Assembly (NCBI GenBank): GCA_963752595.1
Contig: CAVVYZ010000001.1
Span: 1-64,000 of the forward strand
DNA from: an uncultured delta proteobacterium
GTDB lineage: Bacteria > Desulfobacterota > Desulfomonilia > UBA1062
DNA: 64,000 nt
Reading direction: 5' to 3'
The position numbers were made by a program, and so were the translations under genes. The notes beneath the pieces are model-generated. The model did no database searches, was not told the DNA's origin, and was given only the letters and a program-made list of their open reading frames with translations. Positions 1 through 10,433 of the stretch are shown here, piece by piece. Numbering within the stretch: the first letter of the stretch is position 1; every line of letters begins with the position of its first letter.

Positions 1-60
1 GATGGAGGCTCTGGAACACATCATCGACGACAAATCTTTTCCCATTATGAGGAGGTTGCT

Positions 61-2835
61 ATGTACAAGAAGCCCATTATATCACCGGTTATTTTCCTGC
101 TTTTCATTATGATTCCGTTCACCCAGGCACAGGCTCTGGGCATCGGAACATCAGGAGACATCTGCCGGATTGTATCGCCGGTGAAAAACTCGACCATCGA
201 TTACTATCCGGTTAAAATCACGATCAGGCTGGAAAACATTGCAGATGCTTCCACGTTCAAGGCCTGGCTAAACGGCACGGACATCACCGGCAGGTTCAAA
301 CCCGCAGCCGGACGCTTGGAAGCTCTGGTGATGCCTGAGGACGGCCTGCGCTGCCGGGTCATAGGGGAAGATTCCAGGCTCAGTAAGGTCAACATCCTCA
401 CGACCTGGGTCAGGGGTGCCGGCATCAGCTTCGATCTGGACCTCCAGGAATTCTCGGTCGAGTATTATCCTGTGGCGACCACCCGAGATGACAAAGGAGT
501 GTGGTTCATCACCGGGGGCTGCCTCTCCGATGTGTTCGAAGCCCTGGGGTATGCAATTGCAACGGACAGGCTCTGGCAGATAGAGACATACCGACGTTCA
601 GCACGGGGAAGACTTGCGGAGATTTTCGGCCCCAGCCAGCTTTCGACCGATGTCTTCATGAGGACCATCGGGTATTCGGACCAGCAACTTACCAGCGGGT
701 ACGAATCACTCGATCTTGAAACGCGTATCATCCTCGATGCCTACACTGACGGGATCAACAACAGGATCGATGAGATCAGGGACAACCCGGCGCTCCTTCC
801 TTTCGAGTTCGGCGCCATCGGGCTCAGTCCGGCGTACTGGACACCTGAAGATGTCCTTGCATGGGAGGCCCTCATGCTGAGGGAGTTCGACTGCGAGGCC
901 CTCGAACAGGGCCAGGTGCAGAACGCAGCCCTTCTGCAGAAGCTTACTGCAGTCTATGGTCAGCTTGCAGGGTATGGCATGTTCAACGACCTCAGGTGGA
1001 TAAACGACCCCGATGCGCTCACTTACATCCAGCCTGCTGTCACGTCTTCTCCGCTCATGGCCATGGCCGCCATGGGAACATCTCCTGCCGCTTCAACCGA
1101 AGGTAAACCCGCAGCCCTGAAGGAGGTTCAGAGTTATGACTACGAGTCTTTTGCACAGTCCATGGCAGACAGGCTTGCCGAGTTGAACCGGAATCTCAGC
1201 GAGATCAATGCCCGCGTACACATGGGCAGCTATGCATGGGTGGTTTCGGGCAGCAAGACCGCCGACCATAAGCCCATCATATACTCCGGGCCGCAGATGG
1301 GTTTCTCGGTGCCGTCGATCGTATGCGAAGGCTCGATCATGGGAGGCGGGCTCCAGATATCGGGTATGTCTGTGCCGGGTCTGCCCGGGATCGTCATAGG
1401 CAGGACGCCCCACCACGCATGGTCCATGCAGGTAGGCCATGCCCACACGACCGACTATTACTTCGAGAGCCCGTCCGACCCGAAGATAGTGCTCGACCGG
1501 ATAGAGACCATCACTGTTGCAGGATCGCCTTCTTATCAGGTTCAGATCCCTGTCTACCGGTCTTCGCACGGGCCGATCGTCAGCCCAATGCCCTTCAATC
1601 CCGCGACATACATTCCCAGTCCGGCAACCCCGATAGTGTCCTGGAAGTATTCCCACGAAGGGTATGAGTTCCAAACCATCAAAGCATACCTCGACTTTGC
1701 CCGGGCACAGAGCATGGACGAGTTCGGAAAGGCAATTGAAGGCGTGGCGGTCAGCCAGCACTTCTGTTATGCAGACCGCGACGGCAACATTGCCTACTGG
1801 ATGTCGGGCAGGGATCCGCAACGACCTGCAGGCGATTGGAGAGTGCCGCAGGGGATGCTGGGCATGCCGCTTGAGTGGGATGCATCGAACCTCATTGCCC
1901 GCTCCACCGACAAGAACAACCCAAGGGGCTACTACTGCGGGTGGAACAACAAGTCCAACCCTTCATACAACGATCCGCCCAACAGCCTTTCCTATCTGTT
2001 CGGGCCGTTCCACCGTGCCCATGTCATAGACGATTATTTGAGCATGACCGGCAATCTTTCCTTTGACGATGTGAGGAATCTGGCCCTTTCCATTGCAACG
2101 ACCGACTCGTTCGGCGGGGGAGGCAACCCCTGGGAGTTCGTCAAAGGCCCCTTCGCCGATGCTGTCCGGAAGGTAGGCCCGACTCCCGATCGTCAGGCAG
2201 GTCTTGACCTGCTGAACGAATGGGACGGCCATTTCGTGGATGGCGGGCCTGAGATGTGGGCATTCGGCAACGACCGCGCAGATGCATGGGTGCTCATGAA
2301 TGCATGGATCAGAGAGGTCCTGCGCCTGACATTCGCAGATGAGCTCACCATGCCTGGTGAATCGGCAGACGGCAGCACCTATGCGAAAGAACAGGCGTAC
2401 CGCCTCTTCAATGTCATGCTTCATAGCCTGGCAGGGTCTCCTTCGGGAGTCGTGAATTCGCCCAACTGGTTCGCCAACCTCAAGGATCCATCCGCGCCGC
2501 AGACTTCCGACACGATCATCGTCCAGGCACTCGATACCGTATCGGCATCACTTAGCTCCAGGCCGTGGGGTAATGGCACCAGGGGCAGGATTGCCTATAA
2601 CCACAGTATGCTGGGCGAAGTATGGATCATGCCGTTTTCTTCACGGTCGACCTATGCGCACTGCGTAGAAATGGGGAGAAAAGGACCGGTAAGGATCGAA
2701 AGTATGTTTCCGCTGGGAGAGTCCGGGGATATACTTGCGGATTCCTTTGGCATGCCCGTCTTCGATGACGATTTCTTCAGCATGACGCTGGTGTTCGATC
2801 TCTTTGCCTACAGATCATTCCCGCTGTTTAAATAA
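61..2835 (+). CDS. Secreted penicillin acylase / Ntn-hydrolase family amidase with an extra N-terminal domain
   Basis: 924 aa. Signal peptide (AQA). Alpha-subunit motifs TRDDKGVWFI, ALGYAIATDRLWQIE, GRLAEIFG. Beta-subunit start MGSYAWVVSGSKT with the N-terminal Ser nucleophile. HFCYADRDGNIAYW and GWNNK. RBS GAGGAGG upstream. Confidence 0.9.
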   Translation: MYKKPIISPVIFLLFIMIPFTQAQALGIGTSGDICRIVSPVKNSTIDYYPVKITIRLENIADASTFKAWLNGTDITGRFKPAAGRLEALVMPEDGLRCRVIGEDSRLSKVNILTTWVRGAGISFDLDLQEFSVEYYPVATTRDDKGVWFITGGCLSDVFEALGYAIATDRLWQIETYRRSARGRLAEIFGPSQLSTDVFMRTIGYSDQQLTSGYESLDLETRIILDAYTDGINNRIDEIRDNPALLPFEFGAIGLSPAYWTPEDVLAWEALMLREFDCEALEQGQVQNAALLQKLTAVYGQLAGYGMFNDLRWINDPDALTYIQPAVTSSPLMAMAAMGTSPAASTEGKPAALKEVQSYDYESFAQSMADRLAELNRNLSEINARVHMGSYAWVVSGSKTADHKPIIYSGPQMGFSVPSIVCEGSIMGGGLQISGMSVPGLPGIVIGRTPHHAWSMQVGHAHTTDYYFESPSDPKIVLDRIETITVAGSPSYQVQIPVYRSSHGPIVSPMPFNPATYIPSPATPIVSWKYSHEGYEFQTIKAYLDFARAQSMDEFGKAIEGVAVSQHFCYADRDGNIAYWMSGRDPQRPAGDWRVPQGMLGMPLEWDASNLIARSTDKNNPRGYYCGWNNKSNPSYNDPPNSLSYLFGPFHRAHVIDDYLSMTGNLSFDDVRNLALSIATTDSFGGGGNPWEFVKGPFADAVRKVGPTPDRQAGLDLLNEWDGHFVDGGPEMWAFGNDRADAWVLMNAWIREVLRLTFADELTMPGESADGSTYAKEQAYRLFNVMLHSLAGSPSGVVNSPNWFANLKDPSAPQTSDTIIVQALDTVSASLSSRPWGNGTRGRIAYNHSMLGEVWIMPFSSRSTYAHCVEMGRKGPVRIESMFPLGESGDILADSFGMPVFDDDFFSMTLVFDLFAYRSFPLFK

Positions 2836-2864
2836 ACCGAGCCTGTGGGAAGTTTCATGAACTC

Positions 2865-2907
2865 AAAGGCCCGCCTCTCTGAGAACAAAGTGGTGGGCCT
2901 TTCTTTT
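2865..2907 (+). terminator. Rho-independent terminator between convergent genes
   Basis: AAAGGCCCGCC pairs with GGTGGGCCTTT (11 bp, one G-T pair), followed by CTTTT, 30 nt after the acylase stop. Confidence 0.6.
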
Positions 2908-2958
2908 CTATCCGGTCTTAACCCAGCAAAACGTCTTCTGCACCAATGGGTATCCCTG

Positions 2959-3750
2959 CTAGATCTTTCTGCCCGGCAGGCTCATCGATGAAGTGATGCC
3001 GCCATCCACCGGGAGTGCCTGACCCGTGATGTAGCTCGCCTCGTCGGTTGCGAGGAAGAGTATGGCCCAGGCCACTTCTTCCGGGCTCGCGGCGCGCCTG
3101 AGCTCGCAGTACTTGCCGACCTGGTCTTCCTTGCCCGCGCTCCGGGCGTAATCGAAGAAGGGCTGTGTCATTCCGGTCTCGATGAGGCCGGGGCATACGG
3201 CATTGATGCGCACGTTGTAGCTGCCCACCTCGCAGGCCGAGGTCTGCGTGAAGTTGATGAGCGCGGCCTTGCCGGCACTGTAGGCATTGCCTCCCGCGCC
3301 GGAGCGGATACCTGCGACCGAGGCGATGTTGATGATCGAGCCCCTGCGCCGCTCCTTCATGTGCCCGATGATATGCTTCACGGCATAGACCGGTCCCATG
3401 ACATTGACGTCGAACACCCTGTGCCATTCTTCCGAGCTCTGGTTTTCCAGGGCATCCAGCCTGCCCGGGATGCCTGCGTTGTTCACCAGGATGTCGATAT
3501 CCGTAAATGCTTCCAGGGCGAAGCTTATCAGGCCCTTCACGTCATCTTCTGATGCTACATCGGTTTTGCGTGCTATCGCCGTACCGCCGCTTGCAGCGAT
3601 CTCGTCTTGAACCCCGGCAAGCAGATCTTCATTTATGTCCGCAAGGACCAGGCGGGCACCTTCGCGGGCAAAGAGCAGGGCGGCTGCCCTGCCGATGCCG
3701 CTGGATGCACCGGTTATTATTGCACTCTTGTTGCTCAGACGTCCTGACAT
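2959..3750 (-). CDS. Classical SDR family oxidoreductase
   Basis: TGASSGIG Rossmann motif, NNAG, catalytic YSAGK (YxxxK), C-terminal ITGQALPVDGG. Confidence 0.92.
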   Translation of the reverse strand: MSGRLSNKSAIITGASSGIGRAAALLFAREGARLVLADINEDLLAGVQDEIAASGGTAIARKTDVASEDDVKGLISFALEAFTDIDILVNNAGIPGRLDALENQSSEEWHRVFDVNVMGPVYAVKHIIGHMKERRRGSIINIASVAGIRSGAGGNAYSAGKAALINFTQTSACEVGSYNVRINAVCPGLIETGMTQPFFDYARSAGKEDQVGKYCELRRAASPEEVAWAILFLATDEASYITGQALPVDGGITSSMSLPGRKI

Positions 3751-3859
3751 AGATTCCTCCTAAAAAGTTTTCTTGTGATAATCATCGAGCATGAGACCCT
3801 CTTCTACGAAGTGAGAGAGGAACTCGTTTTTTATGGGCAGGACATGCGAGCAAAGGCCG

Positions 3860-5671
3860 TCACTCCTCGAAATACTCGTTCTTCATCTCCACGGTCAGGC
3901 CGTCGCCGTTTGTGAGACGCTTTGCCGGCCCCTCGATCTTGGGGAGCTCATAGCCATAGAAATAGCGGCAGGCGTAGATTTTGCCGGTGTAGAAGTTGAC
4001 ATCCCCTTCGCTTAAATTCCCGCCTGTGAGGGCCTTGTCTGCTGCGCAAGCCTGCAGGAGCCACTGCCAGGCGATGGCTATGATTCCGAAGAGCTCCAGG
4101 TAGAGTGTTGCATCGGCCAGGAACAGCTCGGGGTCGCCTTTCATGGCGATGCCTATGAGATGGGCCGTCACCCCTTCAAGCTTTGACAAAGCCTTTTCAA
4201 GCTCGCCTGCACATGGTTTCATCCTTTCATCGGCCTGTGCCGCCTGGATGGCCTTGCGGACCTCGGCAAGATAGAGCATGCCCGCCTTGCCCTTCTTCAT
4301 GGTCATCTTTCTGCCCAGGAGGTCGAGGCCCTGGATGCCGGTCGTGCCTTCGTGGATGGGATGAATCCTCACATCGCGGTAATACTGCTCCAGGGGAAAC
4401 TCGTCGCAGTAGCCGTATCCGCCCAGGATCTGAAGACCCTGGCTGCAGGACAGGATGCCCATCTCCGAGGGATAGGTCTTGGCAACGGGTGTCAGCAGCT
4501 CGAGGAGCAGGTTGTAATCTTCCTTCTCCTCGCCCTCGGATACCTTTTCCATGTCATGGTAAAAGCTGCACTGCATCAGCAGCGAGAGAGACCCTTCGAC
4601 GACGGCCTTCTGGAAGAGGAGCATCCGCTTGATGTCCGGGTGCTCGATGATGGGCACCTGCGGGGAAAGCGGGTCTTTCGAGGAGAGCCTGCGGCCCTGG
4701 GGCCGTTCCTTCGCATACTCCAGGGAGGCATGGTATGCGGCCGAGGCGATGCATGTCGCGCCCAGGCCCACGTCGATCCTCGCACCGTTCATCATCTGGA
4801 ACATGTAGGACAGGCCTTTGTTTGCCTCACCTACCAGCCAGCCCCGGCAATCATCGTTCTCGCCGAAGGCGAGCTGGGTGATGGGGCCGCCCCGGTAGCC
4901 GAGCTTGTGATAGATGCCCGCACAGTTGACGTCGTTGGCCTCAAGGACGCCTCCGGCTCCGATCCGCTCCTTCGGGATTATGAAGAGGGAGATACCCTTG
5001 ATGCCTGCCGGAGCGCCTTTTATCCTGGCCAGGGCAAGATGGATGATATTGTCGGCCCCGTCGTGGTCTCCGGCGGAGATGAATATCTTCTGCCCCTTGA
5101 TCTTGTAATAACCCTCGCCGGTAGGCTCGGCTGCGGTGGTGATGTCGGTGAGTGAGCTCCCTGCCTGGGGCTCGGTCAGTGCCATGGTGCCCTGCCACTG
5201 TCCGGCCATCATCTTGGGCAGGTACAGGTCCTGGATTTCCTTAGGACAGAACGATGCGATCAGACCGGCCGCCCCGGTGGTGAGCCCGTGATAGATGGAT
5301 GCGGAATAGTTGGCGGCAGCAAAAACGGCAGTGGGGATGGTCATGCCCACCATCTCGGGCAGCTGCTGGCCGCCGTGCTCATAGTCGAACGTGGCGCCGA
5401 TCCAGCCTCCGCTCCCGCACTCCTGCATGATGGTCCTTACCGCAGGGTGGACCTTCACCCCGCCGTCCACGTACTCCGGGGGATTCTTGTCCATCTCGGA
5501 CAGGATCGGTTTGAAGAGGTCTTTGCCCATCTTCATGGCAGTGTCCAGGACCATGTCGAAGACCTCGTGGCTGTGGTCTGCATACCTGGGATATTTTAGG
5601 AGCGACTCCACATTGAACATCTCGTACAGCAGAAATTTCAGATTCCTCTCACTGATGAATTTTTCAGCCAT
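3860..5671 (-). CDS. Long (603 aa) acyl-CoA dehydrogenase
   Basis: GTMALTEPQAGS, IKGQKIFISAGDHD, QILGGYGY, IHEGTTGIQGLDLLGRK, plus the C-terminal extension typical of the ~600-aa class. Confidence 0.93.
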   Translation of the reverse strand: MAEKFISERNLKFLLYEMFNVESLLKYPRYADHSHEVFDMVLDTAMKMGKDLFKPILSEMDKNPPEYVDGGVKVHPAVRTIMQECGSGGWIGATFDYEHGGQQLPEMVGMTIPTAVFAAANYSASIYHGLTTGAAGLIASFCPKEIQDLYLPKMMAGQWQGTMALTEPQAGSSLTDITTAAEPTGEGYYKIKGQKIFISAGDHDGADNIIHLALARIKGAPAGIKGISLFIIPKERIGAGGVLEANDVNCAGIYHKLGYRGGPITQLAFGENDDCRGWLVGEANKGLSYMFQMMNGARIDVGLGATCIASAAYHASLEYAKERPQGRRLSSKDPLSPQVPIIEHPDIKRMLLFQKAVVEGSLSLLMQCSFYHDMEKVSEGEEKEDYNLLLELLTPVAKTYPSEMGILSCSQGLQILGGYGYCDEFPLEQYYRDVRIHPIHEGTTGIQGLDLLGRKMTMKKGKAGMLYLAEVRKAIQAAQADERMKPCAGELEKALSKLEGVTAHLIGIAMKGDPELFLADATLYLELFGIIAIAWQWLLQACAADKALTGGNLSEGDVNFYTGKIYACRYFYGYELPKIEGPAKRLTNGDGLTVEMKNEYFEE

Positions 5672-6043
5672 CTCTTCTCTCCTGTTATATATGCTTTATA
5701 AGCGCCCTGCTTTCCGCGGCAGTATTCACGATTTCCTAGACCCGGTTATGGAAAAAACCGTCGTATCTTCCTGATGTTTCATGAAAGCCTTCTCAATTAG
5801 TCTGCGAATCCCGCCAGTCAGCCCGAACAAGTACGTATGAGCTGCAAGAATGCATTATAATATCATGGGGAGGGTGTCTTGGAAATAGAAAGATAACAGT
5901 CGTTTTATAAAGGGCGCCGGGTACGGATCTCTACGCCTGCCTTCCGTATAGGAAAAATCCAGAGCTTCTTTCTTCTCAACCTGAACCCTATAGTATCAGT
6001 ACGTTCCCATGAGGGTCGGCTGACAAAAAGGGGGATGTGAACC

Positions 6044-6481
6044 ATGAAAAGATATCTCATGATATTGATAGCCGTGCCGGTATCCGCATTTGCCCTTGGC
6101 GGTCCGGCATATGGGGCCCATGACGAGGCTTCAGGGCAGATCAATGTGAATACCGCAACAAGGGATGAGCCGGCATTGTTGCTCTGGAGAAGCGGAATCG
6201 GTGATCCGGTGCAACTTGCTGAGAATATCATTGAATACCGAGAGGCAAGCGGACCTTTCAGGAATATTAACGAGCTCAAAGAGGTCAAAGGCATCAACGA
6301 TTATGAATTCAGCCGGATACGTCTCTGGGTAAAGGTTGAAGGGGAAACGGATTATAAGCCCCGAAAGAAAGAATCGCCTTCCGGATACCCACATCCGGGA
6401 GTTCCTGTTCCCAGGGATGGTGTGCCGAAAGGCAACTTTCCTGAAGATGAGCCCTATGGTCCTTGGCGTACCAGGCCATGA
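6044..6481 (+). CDS. ComEA-like helix-hairpin-helix DNA-binding protein, exported
   Basis: Signal peptide, INVNTAT, GIG..LAENIIEYREASGPFRNINELKEVKGI, and a Pro-rich C-terminal tail. Confidence 0.8.
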   Translation: MKRYLMILIAVPVSAFALGGPAYGAHDEASGQINVNTATRDEPALLLWRSGIGDPVQLAENIIEYREASGPFRNINELKEVKGINDYEFSRIRLWVKVEGETDYKPRKKESPSGYPHPGVPVPRDGVPKGNFPEDEPYGPWRTRP

Positions 6482-6531
6482 TCATTTCCTAGCGTATTTC
6501 CAATAGGAAAAACCGGTTTCATTCAGAAGAT

Positions 6532-6620
6532 ACCTCGCTGCTTGCAGCGGGGTTACCCCGTCTTCCTCTCCCCCGGGGCACCCGCGAAGCGGGTCGTGAG
6601 CGGATAAAGGAGAGGGGGTA
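6532..6620. repeat. Cluster of REP-like palindromes
   Basis: ACCTCGCTGC-TT-GCAGCGGGGT (6532-6553), ACCCGC-GAA-GCGGGT (6580-6594), and CCTCTCC (6565-6571) pairing with GGAGAGG (6609-6615). The 12-mer GGAGAGGGGGTA recurs at 32843-32854. Confidence 0.6.
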
Positions 6621-6953
6621 GTACCTATCTCCACATACAAAGTTGATAAGGCACTAAGGGGTCAAACAGATGTCACCTTTTTATTCTGTCCTTTTTTATC
6701 CAAATCCTTGTAGCAAATACAAGCTTATGCCATTATTTAAGATTAGAAATGCCGCTCAGAAGCACCTTGGGATATATTTTTCTTTAAAATGAGTTATCAT
6801 AAAAACATAGCAGTTCTTGATGAAGTATTAGCTCGTGAGCAAATTATTTATTCTTTGCGTTTGATTTGAGGCGCACCAAGAGCAATGTGTGGGACACTTA
6901 TCGTACGGCACAATGCATAACAAATTTATTTTGAAACTGGATAACCATAAGAA

Positions 6954-8653
6954 ATGACCTATCAAGGAACATTGCCAATATTTAATTTTTCTGATGCCAT
7001 ACACAGCTTTGCGCAAAGCGGAAACGAAGAAAGGGAGCTGTCTTTACACGTCGCGAAGTGGTGGAGTTTATTTTAGATCTTGTGGGCTATACGGCAGACA
7101 AGCAACTACATCGTTTCCGCATCCTTGAACCCTCCTTCGGACATGGTGATTTTCTTTTACCCGTTGTTGAAAGATTGCTTACGTCGTACAGATTGCATTC
7201 TCAAAACCTTTCCGGTGCTGTGGCGGATCTGTCCAAAGCAATTTATGCCGTTGAAGTGAATAAGGACAGCATCAAGAAAACACGCACCGCAATTCTTAAG
7301 GCACTTTTTGTGCATGGCTTATCAGAAATTGATGCAGGAAGACTCCTTGATACTTGGATCATTGAAGGGGATTTTCTCCTTGCCGACTTACCACATACGT
7401 TCACCCATGCTGTCGGCAATCCTCCATATGTTCGCCAGGAACTTATCCCGGATGTGCTCATGAATGAATATCGTTCGCGATACAGCACGATTTATGACAG
7501 GGCGGATTTGTATATTCCATTCATTGAGTGATGCTTAACAAGCCTGGATCAGGGAGGTCACCTTGGCTTTATCTGCGCTGACCGCTGGATGAAGAATAAA
7601 TATGGCGGTCCGCTGAGGGCTTTGATTGCTAAGGAATATCGTCTCGTGTCCTATGTTGATATGGTGGACACACCGGCATTCCATTCAGAGGTGTCGGCAT
7701 ACCCTGCTATCACGATTGTTAAAAAAGAAAAGCCCGGGCCTACAAGGATAGCTCACCGTCCCGAGATAAACCGTGAAACTCTTGATGCGCTTGCAACTGC
7801 CATGAATTCAGATGCCATCCCGGAAGGGAGCGGTGTAATTGAAGTATCAGAAATAGCCAAAGGACACGAGCCCTGGGTGCTCCAATCATTTGATCAGTTG
7901 TCTGTCGTCAGGCGTTTGGAAATGGATTTTTCTGCCCTAGAAGATGCCGGATGTAAAGTCGGAATAGGTGTTGCAACCGGTGCCGATAAAATTTTTATAG
8001 GTCCCTTTAAACAGTTGGATGTAGAACCGGATCGGAAGTTGCCGCTTGTAACGACGAAAGATATTGAACGTGGAATTGTGGAATGGAAAGGGCTTGGCGT
8101 GATCAATCCGTTTTCAGATGACGGTTTTCTCGTTGATCTTACCCACTACCCGAAACTTGCAAGATATTTTGAAGAGCACGCCGAGATAATTCGCAAGCGG
8201 AATTGTGCCAAAGGAAACCCTAAATCCTGGTACCGGACTATAGATCGGATTTATCCGGATCTCGCCCGGCGCACCAAGCTTCTTATCCCTGACATAAAAG
8301 GAGAAGACCACATCGTATACGAAGACGGCCATCTTTATCCGCACCACAATCTGTATTACATCGTATCGGATGAATGGGACTTAAAGGCTCTTCAAGCTGT
8401 TCTCCGGTCAGGAATTGCAAAGCTCTTCGTATCCATATACTCGACTCAGATGCGGGGAGGATATCTCCGTTTTCAGGCTCAATACCTGCGAAGAATCCGC
8501 CTCCCCAGATGGAAAGATGTTCCCGTGCCTCTCCGTAAGGCTCTAGAGGATGCTGCCAGGAGTGGAGACATAGATGCCTGCAACACGGCTGCGTTTGATC
8601 TGTATCGACTCACTACCAAGGAAAGAACTGCAATACAAAATAACGGCAGATAG
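6954..8653 (+). pseudogene. Type II N6-adenine DNA methyltransferase of the PaeR7I/XhoI (Eco57I/TaqI-like) type, disrupted
   Basis: ATG at 6954 (MTYQGTLPIF...SGNEER), then a 1-nt shift in a G run near 7033 into GAVFTRREVVEFILDL. Motif I ILEPSFGHGDFL and motif IV VGNPPY. An in-frame TGA at 7529-7531 is followed by same-frame [26 protein letters not shown] running to 8653. Confidence 0.85.
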
Positions 8654-8661
8654 GACAACCG

Positions 8662-9405
8662 ATGAGCGTAAACTTAGCTGATTACCAGGCCAAGGCAAGG
8701 GAAGCTGCCAAGGCATTTTGGGGGAATCGCGAAGCAGCCAGGCAGAAGCAGATTGAAAGCGGCAAAGCTGACCAGGGAGAACGAGCAGGAGTCCCGGCCG
8801 GAAAAAATATGGATGGGTTCCCGGCGTTGATAAAAGATGTCATACTCTTAAATGGACTTGATCACGCAGAAATCTGTTTAAAACGCCGGGTGCTCACCCT
8901 CCCCGGATTCTTCAGGCCCACAAAACTCTGGGATATGCTCGTGATGAATGAAAAGAGGCTTATTGCGGCCATTGAGTTAAAGAGCCAGGTCGGGCCGTCA
9001 TTTGGAAACAATCTCAACAACAGGACAGAGGAGGCTATCGGCACCGGCCTTGACTTCTGGAAAGCATACCGGGAAGGGGCTTTTGGTGATAATCCACGAC
9101 CATTTGTCGGTTGGTTGATCCTTGTTGAAGATTGTGCAAAATCTCGTTCTCCAGTGCGTGATTTCTCTACACACTTTCCGGTGTTCAAAGAGTTTATCGG
9201 AGCCTCCTATGCCGAGAGATATAACATCCTGTGCAAAAAACTTGTTCAGGAGCAGTTGTATACGAGTGCATCAATTATCTTATCACCCCGTTCTGTAGTC
9301 AGCTCAGGGGATTATTCAGAGCTTTCAGAGATGACAAGCCTAAAGACGTTTATCAGCACATTAGCTGGTCATGCAGCTGCTGAGGCATCACGGGTGTATG
9401 GTTGA
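8662..9405 (+). CDS. XhoI/PaeR7I family type II restriction endonuclease (family target CTCGAG)
   Basis: [61 protein letters not shown]. Lies directly downstream of the methyltransferase. Confidence 0.88.
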   Translation: MSVNLADYQAKAREAAKAFWGNREAARQKQIESGKADQGERAGVPAGKNMDGFPALIKDVILLNGLDHAEICLKRRVLTLPGFFRPTKLWDMLVMNEKRLIAAIELKSQVGPSFGNNLNNRTEEAIGTGLDFWKAYREGAFGDNPRPFVGWLILVEDCAKSRSPVRDFSTHFPVFKEFIGASYAERYNILCKKLVQEQLYTSASIILSPRSVVSSGDYSELSEMTSLKTFISTLAGHAAAEASRVYG

Positions 9406-9447
9406 TTCTATCTGCGAAAAGGGGCCTTCTTTCTATAAGCAGTAGGG

Positions 9448-9523
9448 AAATGTTCACTCTCCCCTCTTAAAAAAGAAACGTCCCCTATTCCGTCATTAAG
9501 TAAGGGGATAAAAATAAATCCCC
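9448..9523. repeat. GGGGAC/GTCCCC-type short palindromic elements at the right edge of the R-M cassette
   Basis: TTCACTCTCCCCTCTT, GAAACGTCCCCTATT (9475-9489) and a perfect 7-bp inverted repeat AGGGGAT...ATCCCCT (9503-9523). Confidence 0.45.
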
Positions 9524-9535
9524 TGATACTATTCT

Positions 9536-10162
9536 CTAAATCCAGCCGAGCGCGCCGAAGACTACAAAACCTGCCAGATTGATCGCGCCGAGGATTCCGA
9601 TGAACGCGAAGCTCTTTTTCAGCGGCGCATCATAGCACCAGACCGCAGCAGCGAAGAACGGGATGTAAACGGTCACGAAAACCGGGAACGCCCCCCAGAA
9701 GGGATAGACCCAGACAAAGGTCGGCGTCCTCACGAGGAAGATTTCGATGATGGCAGCAGCCGCGGCTGTCGAGACGGCGACAAAGATCCTGCTGTTGATC
9801 CCCAGCATCTTGGCCGAAGGGTCTTTGGGAAGGAGTTTCGTGGTAACGATGCCCGCAATGGAGAACATGATGCTGATCTCGATGCCCACGCCCACCATGA
9901 TGGAGAATGCGGTTCCAGTGGGCACGGTCCAGAGTGCATGTCCGCTAACATGCTGGATGACGGCGTTGCCTATCTCCACGAACCAGTGGACCATGTACAG
10001 GCCGAGTCCTGCAGCTATGGCCTTATAGTTCCCCCGCTCATACTCATTCCCGTAGATATACATGACAATGACCAAAAGCGGGATCGCAAACCACTGAAAC
10101 TGATCGCCCGACCTTACAATACCGAGCGCCTGACTCGTTGCTTCCGGATGATTCAAGACCAT
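9536..10162 (-). CDS. Hypothetical integral membrane protein
   Basis: 208 aa with about 6 hydrophobic segments, RBS GAGGAGG upstream, host-like codon usage. Confidence 0.75.
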   Translation of the reverse strand: MVLNHPEATSQALGIVRSGDQFQWFAIPLLVIVMYIYGNEYERGNYKAIAAGLGLYMVHWFVEIGNAVIQHVSGHALWTVPTGTAFSIMVGVGIEISIMFSIAGIVTTKLLPKDPSAKMLGINSRIFVAVSTAAAAAIIEIFLVRTPTFVWVYPFWGAFPVFVTVYIPFFAAAVWCYDAPLKKSFAFIGILGAINLAGFVVFGALGWI

Positions 10163-10397
10163 GCTTACCTCCTCTTTCTCAGGGACAGGATAATGACTGA
10201 AAACAATGAATATTTATATAATAGCTATTAACCAATCAAAAGAAAAGCAATTAATAACAGTACAATAAACAATATTAATAAAAAGTCATAGCATCCCGGG
10301 CAGCATCTTTCGGGCTGAGTCGATTGAAAAGAAAAATCTTCTTTGATTCCGTATTGCCGGTTTCTTACATAAGAATTTGTGAAGCAGAGTTCTTTTC

Positions 10398-10426
10398 TTG
10401 ACAATGGTTTGACATCAAACTAAATA
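10398..10426 (+). promoter_or_regulatory. Probable marR promoter with a palindromic operator
   Basis: TTGACA at 10398-10403. The spacer holds a perfect GTTTGA-CA-TCAAAC palindrome (10407-10420). The -10 (TAAATA) is imperfect. Confidence 0.55.
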
Positions 10427-10433
10427 TGAGTTC

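Noticed and set aside
7529-7531. In-frame TGA as selenocysteine or recoding
   Set aside because: The position is recalled as Arg in homologs, not Cys. No SECIS-like hairpin is evident, and TGA is a normal stop elsewhere in the window.
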